Origin: Christensenellaceae bacterium Phil10
Lineage (GTDB): Bacteria; Bacillota; Clostridia; Christensenellales; CAG-917
DNA length: 63,334 bases
Direction of reading: 5' to 3'
Assembly: GCA_001940895.1 (NCBI GenBank)
Contig: MSGY01000006.1
Location: 131,179 to 194,512 of the forward strand
The position numbers and the translations under genes are program-made. The notes beneath the pieces were generated by a model. That model was given only the letters and a program-made list of their open reading frames with translations. It was not told the DNA's origin and ran no database searches. Shown here one piece after another: positions 19,534 to 29,851 of this stretch (its first letter is position 1; every line of letters starts with the position of its first letter).

Positions 19534-19560
19534 GGCACGCACTCGCTGCGTGCCTTTTTT
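19534..19560 (+). terminator. Intrinsic terminator
   Basis: GGCACGCA-ctcgc-TGCGTGCC then T6. Confidence 0.75.
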
Positions 19561-19669
19561 ATGCCGTAAAATTTTGTCAAAAAAACAATTTGCTTGCAAA
19601 ACAGGCTGCGGTATAGTATTATAATGATGTTACAATAATCTAAATAAAGCTGTTTAATCCGGAGGAAAT

Positions 19670-21913
19670 ATGAAAGGCGGTTTTTTTGGTAGATTTCTTA
19701 CGTTCATACTCGGCCTTGTGGTAGGTATCGTACTGGTAGGCGGGACGCTTGCGGGCGTAGTATATTACGCTGTATCGGCGGTAACCGTAAACGACGTCGA
19801 AAAGTATGCCGATACCGAGTTTACTTTTATAGACAAAGACGCCGAGGTCCGCGATAAATCCATACTCGACATATTCGATATGGTAAAAGGCGGCGCCGTT
19901 AGCGATATGACGGTTGCGGACGCCAAAAGAATTTTCGGCATCGACGTCGTCGATATTCTCGAAAAGAGCATCGAAATTACCGTTGACGCAGAAAACCGCG
20001 AAAAACTCAACGCGCTGAAAGTCTTCGACATTTTCAAGGGAGACAATCTCAAGACAGTGTTCAACTGTCTTACGCTGGGCGACGTTCTCAAAAAGGCGGG
20101 AATAAATACTTCCGACGGCCTGGGAGCCACCCCTCTGTTGCAGGAGCAGATAGATAAACCCGTCATCGACGCGCTTAATACGGTGCTTAAAACCGTCGAC
20201 CTGAACGTGCTTACCATAGCCGAAATAGAGTACCTTCTCGGTGTGGAAGTCGGCGGCGAAGGCGTGCTTAACGCCATAGACGGATATAAAATCGGCGAAT
20301 TGAACGGGGCGATTAACAGCGTGCGGCTGGAGCAGGTGCTGCCCGATTTCGACAGGGATTTTTATATTAAAGTTTCCGAAACGAAATACAAGCGCGAAGA
20401 GAAAACCGCATTGACTTATAAATCGCTTATTGACGAAGGTTATTTCGTTGCCGCTTCCGACGGCGACGAAAAATATTCGCTTGACGAAAAGACGGGCGTA
20501 ATCGTAAAGGACGACAACGGAGAATACGCGGTAAATCCCTTAAAGGCATTGCCCGACTTCCGCGAAAGATACTCGAAGGAAGACGGCGTGTACGAAAGCG
20601 ACCGTAACGGCGCGTATTATATCGACGCCGCAGGTGTGTATTCTTCGGACCGTTGCGACGCCGACGGTACGAAAAACGTTTTCGGCGCGTATTATTATCC
20701 TTATTCGGAAAGCGTGGCCGGCACCTATTACAGACTTTACGCCGCGGTTAAAACCAAAAATTCCGACGACAAATACGACGTTTCGTTGCAGGACAGAAAA
20801 TTCGTATCCGAAAGCGAGGCGGGATATTTCGAGGATAGTTTCAAACGCTTCGCGCTTGTGGAAAACGGAGGCGTGCACGAACTTGTCGAGAACGCGACGG
20901 GCGATTATGCTCTCGTTCACGTCGGAAAATCCGAACCCGTGCTCAAGGCGCTTGCCGACGAAACGCTCGATACGCTGGACGGCGCAATCGGAGAGATGAG
21001 ACTCAACGAGGTTATTACCATTGCAGACGACAGTTCCGTAATATTAAAGAAACTTTCAAACGTAAAAATCAACGAATTGGCGGTGAGGGCGGAAAATATC
21101 GTTAAAGAAATAAAACTGAACGAGGTTATCGAAATCCGTACGAGAAACTTGCTTGTCGCGGCGTCGGACGGCGCATACGTCGCGCTGCCGGCCGGTAAAA
21201 CCTATTACGGAACTTACAACGTTGGTTATACGGAGAGCAATCCCGACGAAAATATTTATTTCATAAAATACAAGGCGGGCGCAACGGGGCAAAGATATAA
21301 TATATCCGTTAACGCAAGCGCGGGTTCCATTGCCGCTATGTCCGATATGACTATCGGCGAAATGGCCGACAATTCGCAGGAAGTAATGGAAAATACCGCT
21401 TTGCAGGACGTTATCGAAATAGACGGAGACGTTTACGTAAAGACGGCGGATACGGTGCTTGACCCGCTTAAAGAGTATTACTATTTCGACGAATCGTCGG
21501 GCATTTTCCTCGGATACGACGCAAGCCTCGGCGCGAAAGACGATTATTACGAAAAGATTTACGTCGGTTCGTCCAACGCCGTGTTAAAAAAACTCGCCAC
21601 CGCGACCGTAAGTCAGATAGCAAACGGCGAGACTATGAACAAAGCCGTTAACGACTGCAAACTGGGCGAGGTGACGAGCATCACCGACAATACAAGCCTT
21701 ATGTGGCAAATAAAAGATACGAAAGTATCGGAAATAGAAGATACGATAACGGACATAATTTCCGATGCTACCGTGCGTCAGATTAACGAATGGGGAAAAC
21801 TCGGACTTACCGAAGAACAACTCAATAAGACGGTAACCGGTACCTCGTTTACGGTTGGCGAAATGAAATTCAAAGACTTTATGACGATTGCGATAACTCT
21901 TGCAACGATTTAA
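19670..21913 (+). CDS. Large membrane-anchored repeat protein of unknown function
   Basis: N-terminal TM; repeated L..L....I.EL...I..(L/M).L.EVI units with Tyr-rich inserts; SD GGAGG. Confidence 0.8.
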   Translation: MKGGFFGRFLTFILGLVVGIVLVGGTLAGVVYYAVSAVTVNDVEKYADTEFTFIDKDAEVRDKSILDIFDMVKGGAVSDMTVADAKRIFGIDVVDILEKSIEITVDAENREKLNALKVFDIFKGDNLKTVFNCLTLGDVLKKAGINTSDGLGATPLLQEQIDKPVIDALNTVLKTVDLNVLTIAEIEYLLGVEVGGEGVLNAIDGYKIGELNGAINSVRLEQVLPDFDRDFYIKVSETKYKREEKTALTYKSLIDEGYFVAASDGDEKYSLDEKTGVIVKDDNGEYAVNPLKALPDFRERYSKEDGVYESDRNGAYYIDAAGVYSSDRCDADGTKNVFGAYYYPYSESVAGTYYRLYAAVKTKNSDDKYDVSLQDRKFVSESEAGYFEDSFKRFALVENGGVHELVENATGDYALVHVGKSEPVLKALADETLDTLDGAIGEMRLNEVITIADDSSVILKKLSNVKINELAVRAENIVKEIKLNEVIEIRTRNLLVAASDGAYVALPAGKTYYGTYNVGYTESNPDENIYFIKYKAGATGQRYNISVNASAGSIAAMSDMTIGEMADNSQEVMENTALQDVIEIDGDVYVKTADTVLDPLKEYYYFDESSGIFLGYDASLGAKDDYYEKIYVGSSNAVLKKLATATVSQIANGETMNKAVNDCKLGEVTSITDNTSLMWQIKDTKVSEIEDTITDIISDATVRQINEWGKLGLTEEQLNKTVTGTSFTVGEMKFKDFMTIAITLATI

Positions 21914-21923
21914 CGGAGGGGTT

Positions 21924-22517
21924 ATGTCGTATCACATCAGAAAATACGATAAAAAGGACAGGGAAAACGTCAGAAAAATTTGTCATCTCACGGCAACCGC
22001 CCCCGCATACGTCGATAATCCCGAGCTGGTTGCGACGATTTACGCCGACTATTACGTCGACTACGAACCCGACGGCGTTTTCGTCGTCGCGCGCGACGAG
22101 GACGACGAAGCGGTAGGTTATATTTTATCGAGCGTCGATTACAAAACCTTTTTAAAGACCTTTGATAAAAACATTATGCCGAAAGTCAGAAAGATGAGCA
22201 GATTGCAGGCGTTTACTCACTGGTTTTCGTTCCGACAGAGCCTTATGGACGCAAAAAAATACCCCGCCCATCTTCATATCGATATTCTGCCCGAGGCGCA
22301 GGGCAAGGGATACGGCACCGCGCTTATGGACGAACTTATGAAATATCTTAACGAAAAGGGCGTAAAAGGCGTGCATCTCGGCGTAGGCGGAGATAACGAG
22401 GGCGGGATTGCGTTTTATAAGAAATACGGTTTTAAAATGATACACGATTTCGGCAAAACGGGCAAGGTTTTCGCCATACGACCCTCGGACGCCGTAAAGG
22501 AAAGAAATCTCATCTGA
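21924..22517 (+). CDS. GNAT-family N-acetyltransferase
   Basis: YPAHLHIDILPEAQGKGYG, N...IAFYKKYGF; ATG after GGAGGG. Confidence 0.9.
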   Translation: MSYHIRKYDKKDRENVRKICHLTATAPAYVDNPELVATIYADYYVDYEPDGVFVVARDEDDEAVGYILSSVDYKTFLKTFDKNIMPKVRKMSRLQAFTHWFSFRQSLMDAKKYPAHLHIDILPEAQGKGYGTALMDELMKYLNEKGVKGVHLGVGGDNEGGIAFYKKYGFKMIHDFGKTGKVFAIRPSDAVKERNLI

Positions 22518-22533
22518 CGGAAAAAACATTTGC

Positions 22534-22562
22534 TTGACAATAAGCATAATTATAAATATAAT
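22534..22562 (+). promoter_or_regulatory. Sigma-A promoter of the T-box-cysE-cysS unit
   Basis: TTGACA-N17-TATAAT. Confidence 0.8.
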
Positions 22563-22571
22563 TATAAAAAA

Positions 22572-22780
22572 ATGCGATGAGAAACAAGAGTAACGCGCCG
22601 TTCTCCACAGAAAGACCGTCCCGGGCTGAAAGACAGTCGTGATAAACGCGTGAAAGTGCGGTTTCGAGCATTCGGGGAGGAAATGCCCCGACGCGTGACG
22701 CGGCGAACGCGACAATCCTTGTCAGAGGTGGAACAGCGGTAACAACCGTCCTTAAAGGAAACTTTGCGGGCGGTTTTTTA
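22572..22780 (+). ncRNA. Cysteine T-box riboswitch leader
   Basis: AGTA/GA elements, GGGCTGAAA apical motif, specifier TGC (22657-22659), T-box AGAGGTGGAACAGCGG (22724-22739), terminator ending in T-tract; precedes cysE-cysS. Confidence 0.88.
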
Positions 22781-22799
22781 TTTATCGACAAAAGGAAAT

Positions 22800-23504
22800 A
22801 TGAAAGGATATCTTAAAAGTTATATCGACGCGGCTATGGAAAACGACCCCGCCGCCACAAACAGATTTACCGTGATGTTTACTTATCCCGGCGTAAAGGC
22901 GCTTATGTGGCATCGCCCCGCGCATTGGCTTTACAATCATAAAATGCGTTTTCTGGCGCGGGTTATTTCGCAGAACGTGCGGTTCTGGACGGGTATCGAA
23001 ATTCATCCCGGCGCAAAAATAGGAAAGGGAGTGTTCATAGACCACGGCGCGGGAGTCGTAATAGGCGAGACGGCGGAAGTGGGAAACAACGTTACGCTTT
23101 ATCAGGGAGTAACCCTCGGCGGAACGGGAAAAGACACGGGGAAAAGACACCCGACGGTTGAGGACGACGTGGTTATTGCCGCGGGCGCAAAGGTGCTCGG
23201 CCCGTTTACCGTCGGAAAGGGCAGCAAAATCGGCGCGGGCAGCGTAGTGCTTAAACCCGTTCCCGAAAACTGCACTGTGGTAGGCGTTCCCGGGCGCATA
23301 GTAAAACAGGACGGAAAACGCGTTGACAGTCTTAACCTCGTAGAACTTCCCGACCCCGTTCTCGAGGAATTCAGAAGACTGAACGCGCGCATACATCAGC
23401 TTGAAATATTGTCGGGCGTAAATTGCGAGAGATACTCGATTGCGTCCGACGGAATAAACTCCGTTAACAAAAACGACGATTTAAAAGGAGAAAAGAATGG
23501 TTAA
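22800..23504 (+). CDS. cysE: Serine O-acetyltransferase
   Basis: DPAA, TGIEIHPGAKIG, FIDHGAG, GVTLGGTGK, RHPT. Confidence 0.97.
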   Translation: MKGYLKSYIDAAMENDPAATNRFTVMFTYPGVKALMWHRPAHWLYNHKMRFLARVISQNVRFWTGIEIHPGAKIGKGVFIDHGAGVVIGETAEVGNNVTLYQGVTLGGTGKDTGKRHPTVEDDVVIAAGAKVLGPFTVGKGSKIGAGSVVLKPVPENCTVVGVPGRIVKQDGKRVDSLNLVELPDPVLEEFRRLNARIHQLEILSGVNCERYSIASDGINSVNKNDDLKGEKNG

Positions 23505-24903
23505 AGTCTATAATACGTTGACAAGAAGAAAAGAAGAGCTCGTTCCCATCAACGGTAACAAAATAAATATGTATGCGTGCGGCATCACGGTTTCGGGCGA
23601 CGCCCATATCGGCCACGCATATCAGGCGCTGATATACGACGTTATCAGAAAGTATCTGAAAAAGAGGGGTTTCGACGTGACCTACGCCCGAAATTATACC
23701 GACGTCGACGACAAAATCATAGCAAAATCCAAAGAAACGGGCATACCTGCCGACGAGTATGCGAAAATGATGATAAAAAGAATCGACGACGATATGAGAA
23801 GATTCGACGTCGACGACCCCGATATTTGGCTTAAAGCTACCTGCAATATTCAGAATATCATCGATTTTATCAAAGGACTTGAAGAAAAAGGTTTCGCATA
23901 CGCCACTCCCGAGGGCGACGTATATTTTGCGGTCGAGAAATTTCCCGCGTACGGCGCGCTCAGTAACAGAAAAACCGAAGAAGCCTTTTCGGGCGTGCGA
24001 ATCGAAAACGAGGACAACAAGAAAAGCGCGCTCGATTTCGCGTTGTGGAAATCGGCAAAAGAGGGCGAAATTTCGTGGGACAGTCCGTGGGGCAAGGGAA
24101 GACCCGGCTGGCATATCGAATGTTCCGCCATGAACAGGGCGGCGTTCGGCGACCAGATTGATATTCACGGCGGCGGCCGCGACCTGATTTTCCCTCATCA
24201 CGAAAACGAAATCGCGCAGACCGAGGCGCTTACGGGCAAACGGTTCGTCAGATACTGGATTCATAACGGGCTTATCAAAGTCAACGGACAAAAAATGAGT
24301 AAGTCGCTGGGCAACAGCCTGCTTCTGTCCGACCTTCTCGATAAATATTCTCCCGAAACCGTAAAACTTGCGCTTTTACAGACCAATTACCGTCAGGATA
24401 TAAACGTAACCGACGAGCTTTTCCCGACGGCAGAAAGACATCTTGCGGAGTTTTACCGCGTGATTCTCGATGCCGATAAATCGGGTCTTACGAGCGAAGG
24501 AAAATCGCAGAATATAGACGACGACTTCGTTCGGTGTATGGACGACGATTTCAATACCGCGCTTGCGATAAGCAATCTTTTCGGATATTTCAAAACGATA
24601 AGAAAAAAAATCGCGGCGTCCGATTCGTCCGCAATCGCCGATTTAAACGCTATACGCGAAGATTACGGAATATTGGGTCTTTTCCGCAGCGACGCGGAAA
24701 CTTTCCTTAAAAAATACGACAAAGAAACAGCCGGGGATTTAATAGAAGTGCCCGAGGAAATTATCGCTCTCGCAAACAAACGCCGCGAAGCGAAACTTTC
24801 GAAAAATTACGCCCTTGCCGACGAAATAAGAAACGAAATATTAAAAAAGGGATTTACGGTCGTCGATACGAAAGAAGGATTTACGATAAAGAAAAACCAA
24901 TAA
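23497..24903 (+). CDS. cysS: Cysteine--tRNA ligase
   Basis: CGIT..HIGH, GRPGWHIECS, FPHHENE, KMSKS. Confidence 0.98.
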   Translation: MVKVYNTLTRRKEELVPINGNKINMYACGITVSGDAHIGHAYQALIYDVIRKYLKKRGFDVTYARNYTDVDDKIIAKSKETGIPADEYAKMMIKRIDDDMRRFDVDDPDIWLKATCNIQNIIDFIKGLEEKGFAYATPEGDVYFAVEKFPAYGALSNRKTEEAFSGVRIENEDNKKSALDFALWKSAKEGEISWDSPWGKGRPGWHIECSAMNRAAFGDQIDIHGGGRDLIFPHHENEIAQTEALTGKRFVRYWIHNGLIKVNGQKMSKSLGNSLLLSDLLDKYSPETVKLALLQTNYRQDINVTDELFPTAERHLAEFYRVILDADKSGLTSEGKSQNIDDDFVRCMDDDFNTALAISNLFGYFKTIRKKIAASDSSAIADLNAIREDYGILGLFRSDAETFLKKYDKETAGDLIEVPEEIIALANKRREAKLSKNYALADEIRNEILKKGFTVVDTKEGFTIKKNQ

Positions 24904-24908
24904 TAAAG

Positions 24909-24937
24909 GAGGTTGCGGAAAAGCAACCTCTTTTTTT
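24909..24937 (+). terminator. Intrinsic terminator after cysS
   Basis: GAGGTTGC-ggaaaa-GCAACCTC then T7. Confidence 0.85.
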
Positions 24938-25010
24938 AAAAAAGTTATTGACTGTAAATCGTATATGCTATTATAATGAATAATATTAAATTTTTACGAG
25001 GATACCTATT

Positions 25011-27137
25011 ATGGCCGATTACGAAAGAATGAGTATCAAAGACATCTTTGCCGAAGAAGTATTTACCGACGAAGTAATGCGAAGGTATATGTCCGAGGAC
25101 GCTTATCGCGCACTCAAAGACGTTATCGCCCGCGGGGACGAGCTTCCGAGAAGTATTGCCGACGAAGTCGCATCCGCAATGAAGACGTGGGCCGTAGAGA
25201 AAGGCGCCACGCACTATACCCACTGGTTCCAACCGCTGACCGAGTACACGGCCGAAAAACACGACAGTTTTATATCCGTCGACAAAGAAGGGAAGGTTAT
25301 CCTCGATTTTTCGGGAAAGAGCCTTTCAAAAGGCGAAGCGGACGCGTCGAGTTTTCCCTCGGGAGGAATCCGCGCAACGTTCGAAGCGAGAGGATATACC
25401 GTATGGGATTGCAGTTCGCCCGCATTCATAAAAAGGTCGAAAGGAGGCGCCGGAGTTCTTTGCATACCTACGGCGTTCTGCGCGTACACGGGCGAAGCGC
25501 TGGATAAAAAAACTCCGCTGTTGCGCAGTATGAACGTTCTTAACCGCGAAGTACTGCGACTTCTCAGGCTTCTCGGAGACAAGGATACGAAAAAAGTTAC
25601 CCCCGTCGTCGGAGGCGAGCAGGAATATTTTCTTATCGATAAAAATCACTATATGCAGCGCGAAGACCTGAAATATGCGGGACGCACTCTGTTCGGCGCT
25701 CCTCCCGCTAAGGGACAGGAAAAGTCCGACCAGTATTACGCAACGATACGGGACAGAGTCGCATATTTTATGGAGGACCTCAACAAGGAATTGTGGAAAC
25801 TGGGAATCACCGCAAAAACCGAACATAACGAAGTGGCTCCCGCGCAGCACGAGCTTGCGCCCATCTATTCGGGAGTAAATATAGCAACCGACCAGAATCA
25901 GCTGATAATGGAAACGATGAAAAAGGTTGCCGAAAAACACGACCTGGCTTGCTTATTGCACGAAAAACCGTTTAACGGCGTAAACGGAAGCGGTAAACAT
26001 AATAACTGGTCGATAATCTCCGATACCGGCGTAAATCTGCTCGAGCCAGGAAGCAATCCCGCAGAAAACAGAATTTTCCTTTTGATGATTCTTGCCGTTA
26101 TCGCGGGTGTAGACGAATACGCCGACCTTGTGAGAATGAGCGCGTCCAGCGCGGGCAACGACAATCGACTCGGCGGCAACGAAGCGCCTCCGTCGATAGT
26201 GTCGGTTTTCGTGGGAGACGACCTCGAAAGCGCTTTCGAAACCTTAAAAGAAGGACGGTCGGCCGTTACGAAAGTAAAGGAATATATTAAAATGGGACTT
26301 CCCGCTTTTCCCAAGCTGAAAAAGGACAACACCGACAGAAACCGCACGTCGCCTTTTGCGTTTACCGGAAACAAGTTCGAATTCCGTATGGTCGGCAGCA
26401 GCGCGTCGCTTGCCACGTCCAATATCGTGCTTAACACGATTACCGCCGAAACGGTAAGACGTATATCCGACGAAATCGAGGAAAAAATCAAAACGAACGA
26501 CCTTGACCACGTCGTATCCGAAATTATCGTCGACCTTATCAAAAAACACGACAGAGTCATATATAACGGCAATAACTACAGCAAGGAATGGATAGAGGAA
26601 GCGAAACGTCGCGGACTGCATATGACAAACAACAGTCTCGACGCGTATAAGTGTCTGCTTGACCCCGAAATCGTCGGATTGTACGAGCGCAACGGCATTC
26701 TTACCGAAAAGGAACTTGCAAGCCGCTATGAAATATTTGTCGACAACTATACGAAAACCATAAACATCGAAGCGCTTGCCATGAGAAACATAGCAAGAAA
26801 GCAGATTCTTCCCGCGGTTATGCGCTCGGAAGGAAAAATGGCGGCGTATCTTAAAGACCTGAGAAAAATCGACGCAAATCTCGGTAAAGCCGAGGAAAAG
26901 ATTATCAGAGAAACCGACTCGCTGATAGTGGAAACCGAAATCCGCACGACCGAACTCGAAAGAGCCATCGACAAAGCGAAGATTATCGGGGATACTGTCA
27001 AAAAGGCCGAATGTTATCGCGATTGCGTCCTGACGGCTATGAACAAACTTCGCGAGAGCGTCGACGCTCTCGAGCTGATTACCGAAAAGAAAGAGTGGCC
27101 GTTCCCGTCCTACGGCGATATGCTGTTCTACGAGTAA
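25011..27137 (+). CDS. glnA: Glutamine synthetase type III
   Basis: ATHYTHWFQPLT, AEKHDSF, EQEYFL, HNEVAPAQHE, DRNRTSPFAFTGNKFEFR. Confidence 0.96.
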   Translation: MADYERMSIKDIFAEEVFTDEVMRRYMSEDAYRALKDVIARGDELPRSIADEVASAMKTWAVEKGATHYTHWFQPLTEYTAEKHDSFISVDKEGKVILDFSGKSLSKGEADASSFPSGGIRATFEARGYTVWDCSSPAFIKRSKGGAGVLCIPTAFCAYTGEALDKKTPLLRSMNVLNREVLRLLRLLGDKDTKKVTPVVGGEQEYFLIDKNHYMQREDLKYAGRTLFGAPPAKGQEKSDQYYATIRDRVAYFMEDLNKELWKLGITAKTEHNEVAPAQHELAPIYSGVNIATDQNQLIMETMKKVAEKHDLACLLHEKPFNGVNGSGKHNNWSIISDTGVNLLEPGSNPAENRIFLLMILAVIAGVDEYADLVRMSASSAGNDNRLGGNEAPPSIVSVFVGDDLESAFETLKEGRSAVTKVKEYIKMGLPAFPKLKKDNTDRNRTSPFAFTGNKFEFRMVGSSASLATSNIVLNTITAETVRRISDEIEEKIKTNDLDHVVSEIIVDLIKKHDRVIYNGNNYSKEWIEEAKRRGLHMTNNSLDAYKCLLDPEIVGLYERNGILTEKELASRYEIFVDNYTKTINIEALAMRNIARKQILPAVMRSEGKMAAYLKDLRKIDANLGKAEEKIIRETDSLIVETEIRTTELERAIDKAKIIGDTVKKAECYRDCVLTAMNKLRESVDALELITEKKEWPFPSYGDMLFYE

Positions 27138-27142
27138 AAATA

Positions 27143-28462
27143 ATGACAGATAACGAAAAAAACATTTCAGATTGCGAAAATCGTTGCGTAAAGCCCTCGG
27201 AAGTCGATTTAAAGCGAGCGGGGATAATTACCGAAACCTTTGTGGAAAAGGTTGAAAACGCCGCTTCGGTGAGAATAGGCTCGAGTGCCGAGGAGAAAAA
27301 AAGCGCAGTTGTGATACGGGATTTTTACAATAAAATTCTCGGACTTCCCGCACGGCAGGAGCCTTTTACGGTGATGCCTCTCGCAGGGCGTTTCGGCGTG
27401 CCTATTTACGGCGTGATTTACGCCGTCGCGCTTGCGTTTTATATTATAGGGATTCTTGTCGACGAGAAAAACGTATCCTATGCGTTTCTTGCGCTTGCGC
27501 TTGTAGTCTCGGCGGCGGCCGCGGCGATGATAACCGTGCAGGTATTGCTTAACCGTAATACCTTCAACGCATTGTTCCCTAAGCGCACGTCCTACAACGT
27601 TTTATCTTCTATAGAGCCCAAGGGCAATCCCGAATGCACGCTGATAATAGGCGGACATTACGACAGCGATATGGACAGATCCGACCTGTTGACGTTTCTT
27701 AAGGACAAAAATCTTCCCTCGTGGTTGTCGGGACTTTTAAAGTCGTTGTCGCTTGCGAGTCTGCCCGTATTGTTCGTGCTTGCGATAGTTGCGATGTGTC
27801 TGCCCGGGCGGAATGCCGGCACAAAGGCCTTTCTGTTTCTGTTTCCGACAATATTCTGCGGACTTGCGATATTTTATCTGATAACCGCTTTCAGCTACAA
27901 GAAAAAGAAGAACGGAAGCGTGGGCAGAGAGGGGTTGCAGGCGGCGGGTATTACGCTTGCAGTTGCGGACTATCTGAGACTTCATCCCGACCTCGTGCCC
28001 GATAATTTCAGGATAGTGCTTGCGTGTTTCGGCGCAAAGGAATGCGGAGCGAAGGGAAGCGAGCAGCTGATACTGCAACATTACGGACGGGATTCCTTTT
28101 TAATCAACCCGGTGTTTGTTAATTTCGCGAAGTTGGGAGAAAACGGAAATACGGTGATACAGGGCGACAGAAAATATAAAAACATGTACGACCTGAAACT
28201 CAACAACGTTGCTTTCAACGCGTTAAAAGACGCCGGACTGGACCCTTCGTTTGCATACAGCAAGGACCTGTTTACCGACAGTACGCCTTTCGCAAAGCAT
28301 AAAATACCGACGGTGACGGTTGAGCTGAAAAAAGGCGATAACGAGTTTTCGGGCGTATATAACGAGGCGTTCGAGGGCGCGCTCAACGTTACGCTTAATA
28401 CCGTCGACTATATGAAAAAGCGGCAGGACCGCTATAAAGGTGCCGAAGAAGAAATAATGTAA
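27143..28462 (+). CDS. Membrane M28-fold protein with degenerate active site
   Basis: Same architecture as 18249-19517 (GGHYDS, TDSTPF) but lacks several Zn/catalytic residues; ATG 5 nt after glnA stop. Confidence 0.7.
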   Translation: MTDNEKNISDCENRCVKPSEVDLKRAGIITETFVEKVENAASVRIGSSAEEKKSAVVIRDFYNKILGLPARQEPFTVMPLAGRFGVPIYGVIYAVALAFYIIGILVDEKNVSYAFLALALVVSAAAAAMITVQVLLNRNTFNALFPKRTSYNVLSSIEPKGNPECTLIIGGHYDSDMDRSDLLTFLKDKNLPSWLSGLLKSLSLASLPVLFVLAIVAMCLPGRNAGTKAFLFLFPTIFCGLAIFYLITAFSYKKKKNGSVGREGLQAAGITLAVADYLRLHPDLVPDNFRIVLACFGAKECGAKGSEQLILQHYGRDSFLINPVFVNFAKLGENGNTVIQGDRKYKNMYDLKLNNVAFNALKDAGLDPSFAYSKDLFTDSTPFAKHKIPTVTVELKKGDNEFSGVYNEAFEGALNVTLNTVDYMKKRQDRYKGAEEEIM

Positions 28463-28475
28463 TATTAAAAGAAAT

Positions 28476-28504
28476 AAAAAAGCCGCGTTTCCGACGCGGC
28501 TTTT
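28476..28504. terminator. Bidirectional intrinsic terminator
   Basis: AAAAGCCGCGT-ttccg-ACGCGGCTTTT. Confidence 0.8.
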
Positions 28505-28521
28505 GATTTAATCGGATTTAA

Positions 28522-29727
28522 TCAGACGTCGAGTTTCAACCATTCGCCTTTCAGTTTTCCCGTTTTTTCAAGAATAACGCGAAGAGCAAGAGAAACCACG
28601 GCGGGAATAACGAACATCAGGAAGATTATCGCAAGGGCGATTTTCCATCCGGGAAGCACGCCTGCCGAGGCGTTTATTACGCCGAAAACGCCTACGAGAC
28701 CGCTCGTGCCCATACCGCCGCCGGAGGCGTCGCACATAAGACCGAAAGCGCACGTGGCGAGAGGACCGGTAATCGCCGACGCGATAACGGGCGGCAAAAA
28801 GATAATCGGGTGTTTCATGATATTCGGTATCTGCAACATGCTGGTGCCTATGCCTTGCGAGATAAGACCGCTTAATCCGTTTTCCTTGAAACTCATCACG
28901 GCAAAGCCTATCATCTGGGCCGCACAGCCCACAACCGCCGCTCCGCCCGCAAGCATCATTGCTTCCGACGTGGAACCCGAGGCGATGGCAAGCCATATCG
29001 CCGCGCTGGACGTAGGCATCGTCAGAAGGACGCCCATTACCACGGAAATCACGATTCCCATGACGAAAGGCTGCGCGGTAACGGAAATTTCGATAAATTT
29101 CTGAATGACTTTAATCAGCCAGATTGCGGGATATGCCACAAACATAGAGATAAAGCACGTAAACATAACCGTTAAAGGCACGATTAGAATATCCAGTTTT
29201 GTTTTTCCCTGAACGCGCAAAACCGTTTCGAGGGCAACCAGAGTGCCGACGTACGCTCCTATCGGGTTGCCGGGAAGGCCCAGTCTGACGGTAGTAAAGG
29301 CGGTAACGGTATTTAATAACGAAAACGAACCGGCGTGCGCCGATGAATAGACCGTATCGGGAAGAAACGCCCCTGCAAAACCCGCAACCGCACAGGCAAA
29401 AATAACGAGGTCGGGCGCCTTGAGTTTCTTCGCGATGCCCACGCCGATACCCGCGCCCATCAGAGTGCAGGCTATATTGCCGATAAGTATGAGGGCGGCA
29501 CCGAAACCGCTCGATTCGCCGAACCACTTGCCTATCTGTTTTAAAATCGTACCCGCGATAAGCGTAACGAACAGGCCCTGCGCCATACCTGAAAACGCGT
29601 CGATAAAATAACGCGTCGCAAGTTTTTTAAGGATGGTTTTCCATTTTTTTCCGTTGACGTCGCCTGCGGGGACGTACGGCGGATTTGTTTCGATATCGGG
29701 GATTACCGGCGGATTATTTTCGCTCAT
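28522..29727 (-). CDS. Stand-alone PTS EIIC-like (EIIC_2) membrane protein
   Basis: FSGMAQGLFVTLIAGTIL, KTKLDIL, PTSSAAI, GIGTSMLQIPNI, GGGMGTSGLVG. Confidence 0.85.
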   Translation of the reverse strand: MSENNPPVIPDIETNPPYVPAGDVNGKKWKTILKKLATRYFIDAFSGMAQGLFVTLIAGTILKQIGKWFGESSGFGAALILIGNIACTLMGAGIGVGIAKKLKAPDLVIFACAVAGFAGAFLPDTVYSSAHAGSFSLLNTVTAFTTVRLGLPGNPIGAYVGTLVALETVLRVQGKTKLDILIVPLTVMFTCFISMFVAYPAIWLIKVIQKFIEISVTAQPFVMGIVISVVMGVLLTMPTSSAAIWLAIASGSTSEAMMLAGGAAVVGCAAQMIGFAVMSFKENGLSGLISQGIGTSMLQIPNIMKHPIIFLPPVIASAITGPLATCAFGLMCDASGGGMGTSGLVGVFGVINASAGVLPGWKIALAIIFLMFVIPAVVSLALRVILEKTGKLKGEWLKLDV

Positions 29728-29851
29728 AGTTCACCTTTTCGATTGAGTTAGTAAAAGTTTATAGTTTTAATCGGGTATTGTCAACTTTTTACGCGCAATT
29801 ACCGCGTCATGGTAAAAAGAAAAGCGTCGGTTTTTGACCGACGCCGTAAAT

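Noticed and set aside
28522-29727. Orphan PTS EIIC as an incomplete PTS operon
   Set aside because: This EIIC-like family commonly occurs alone in Firmicutes
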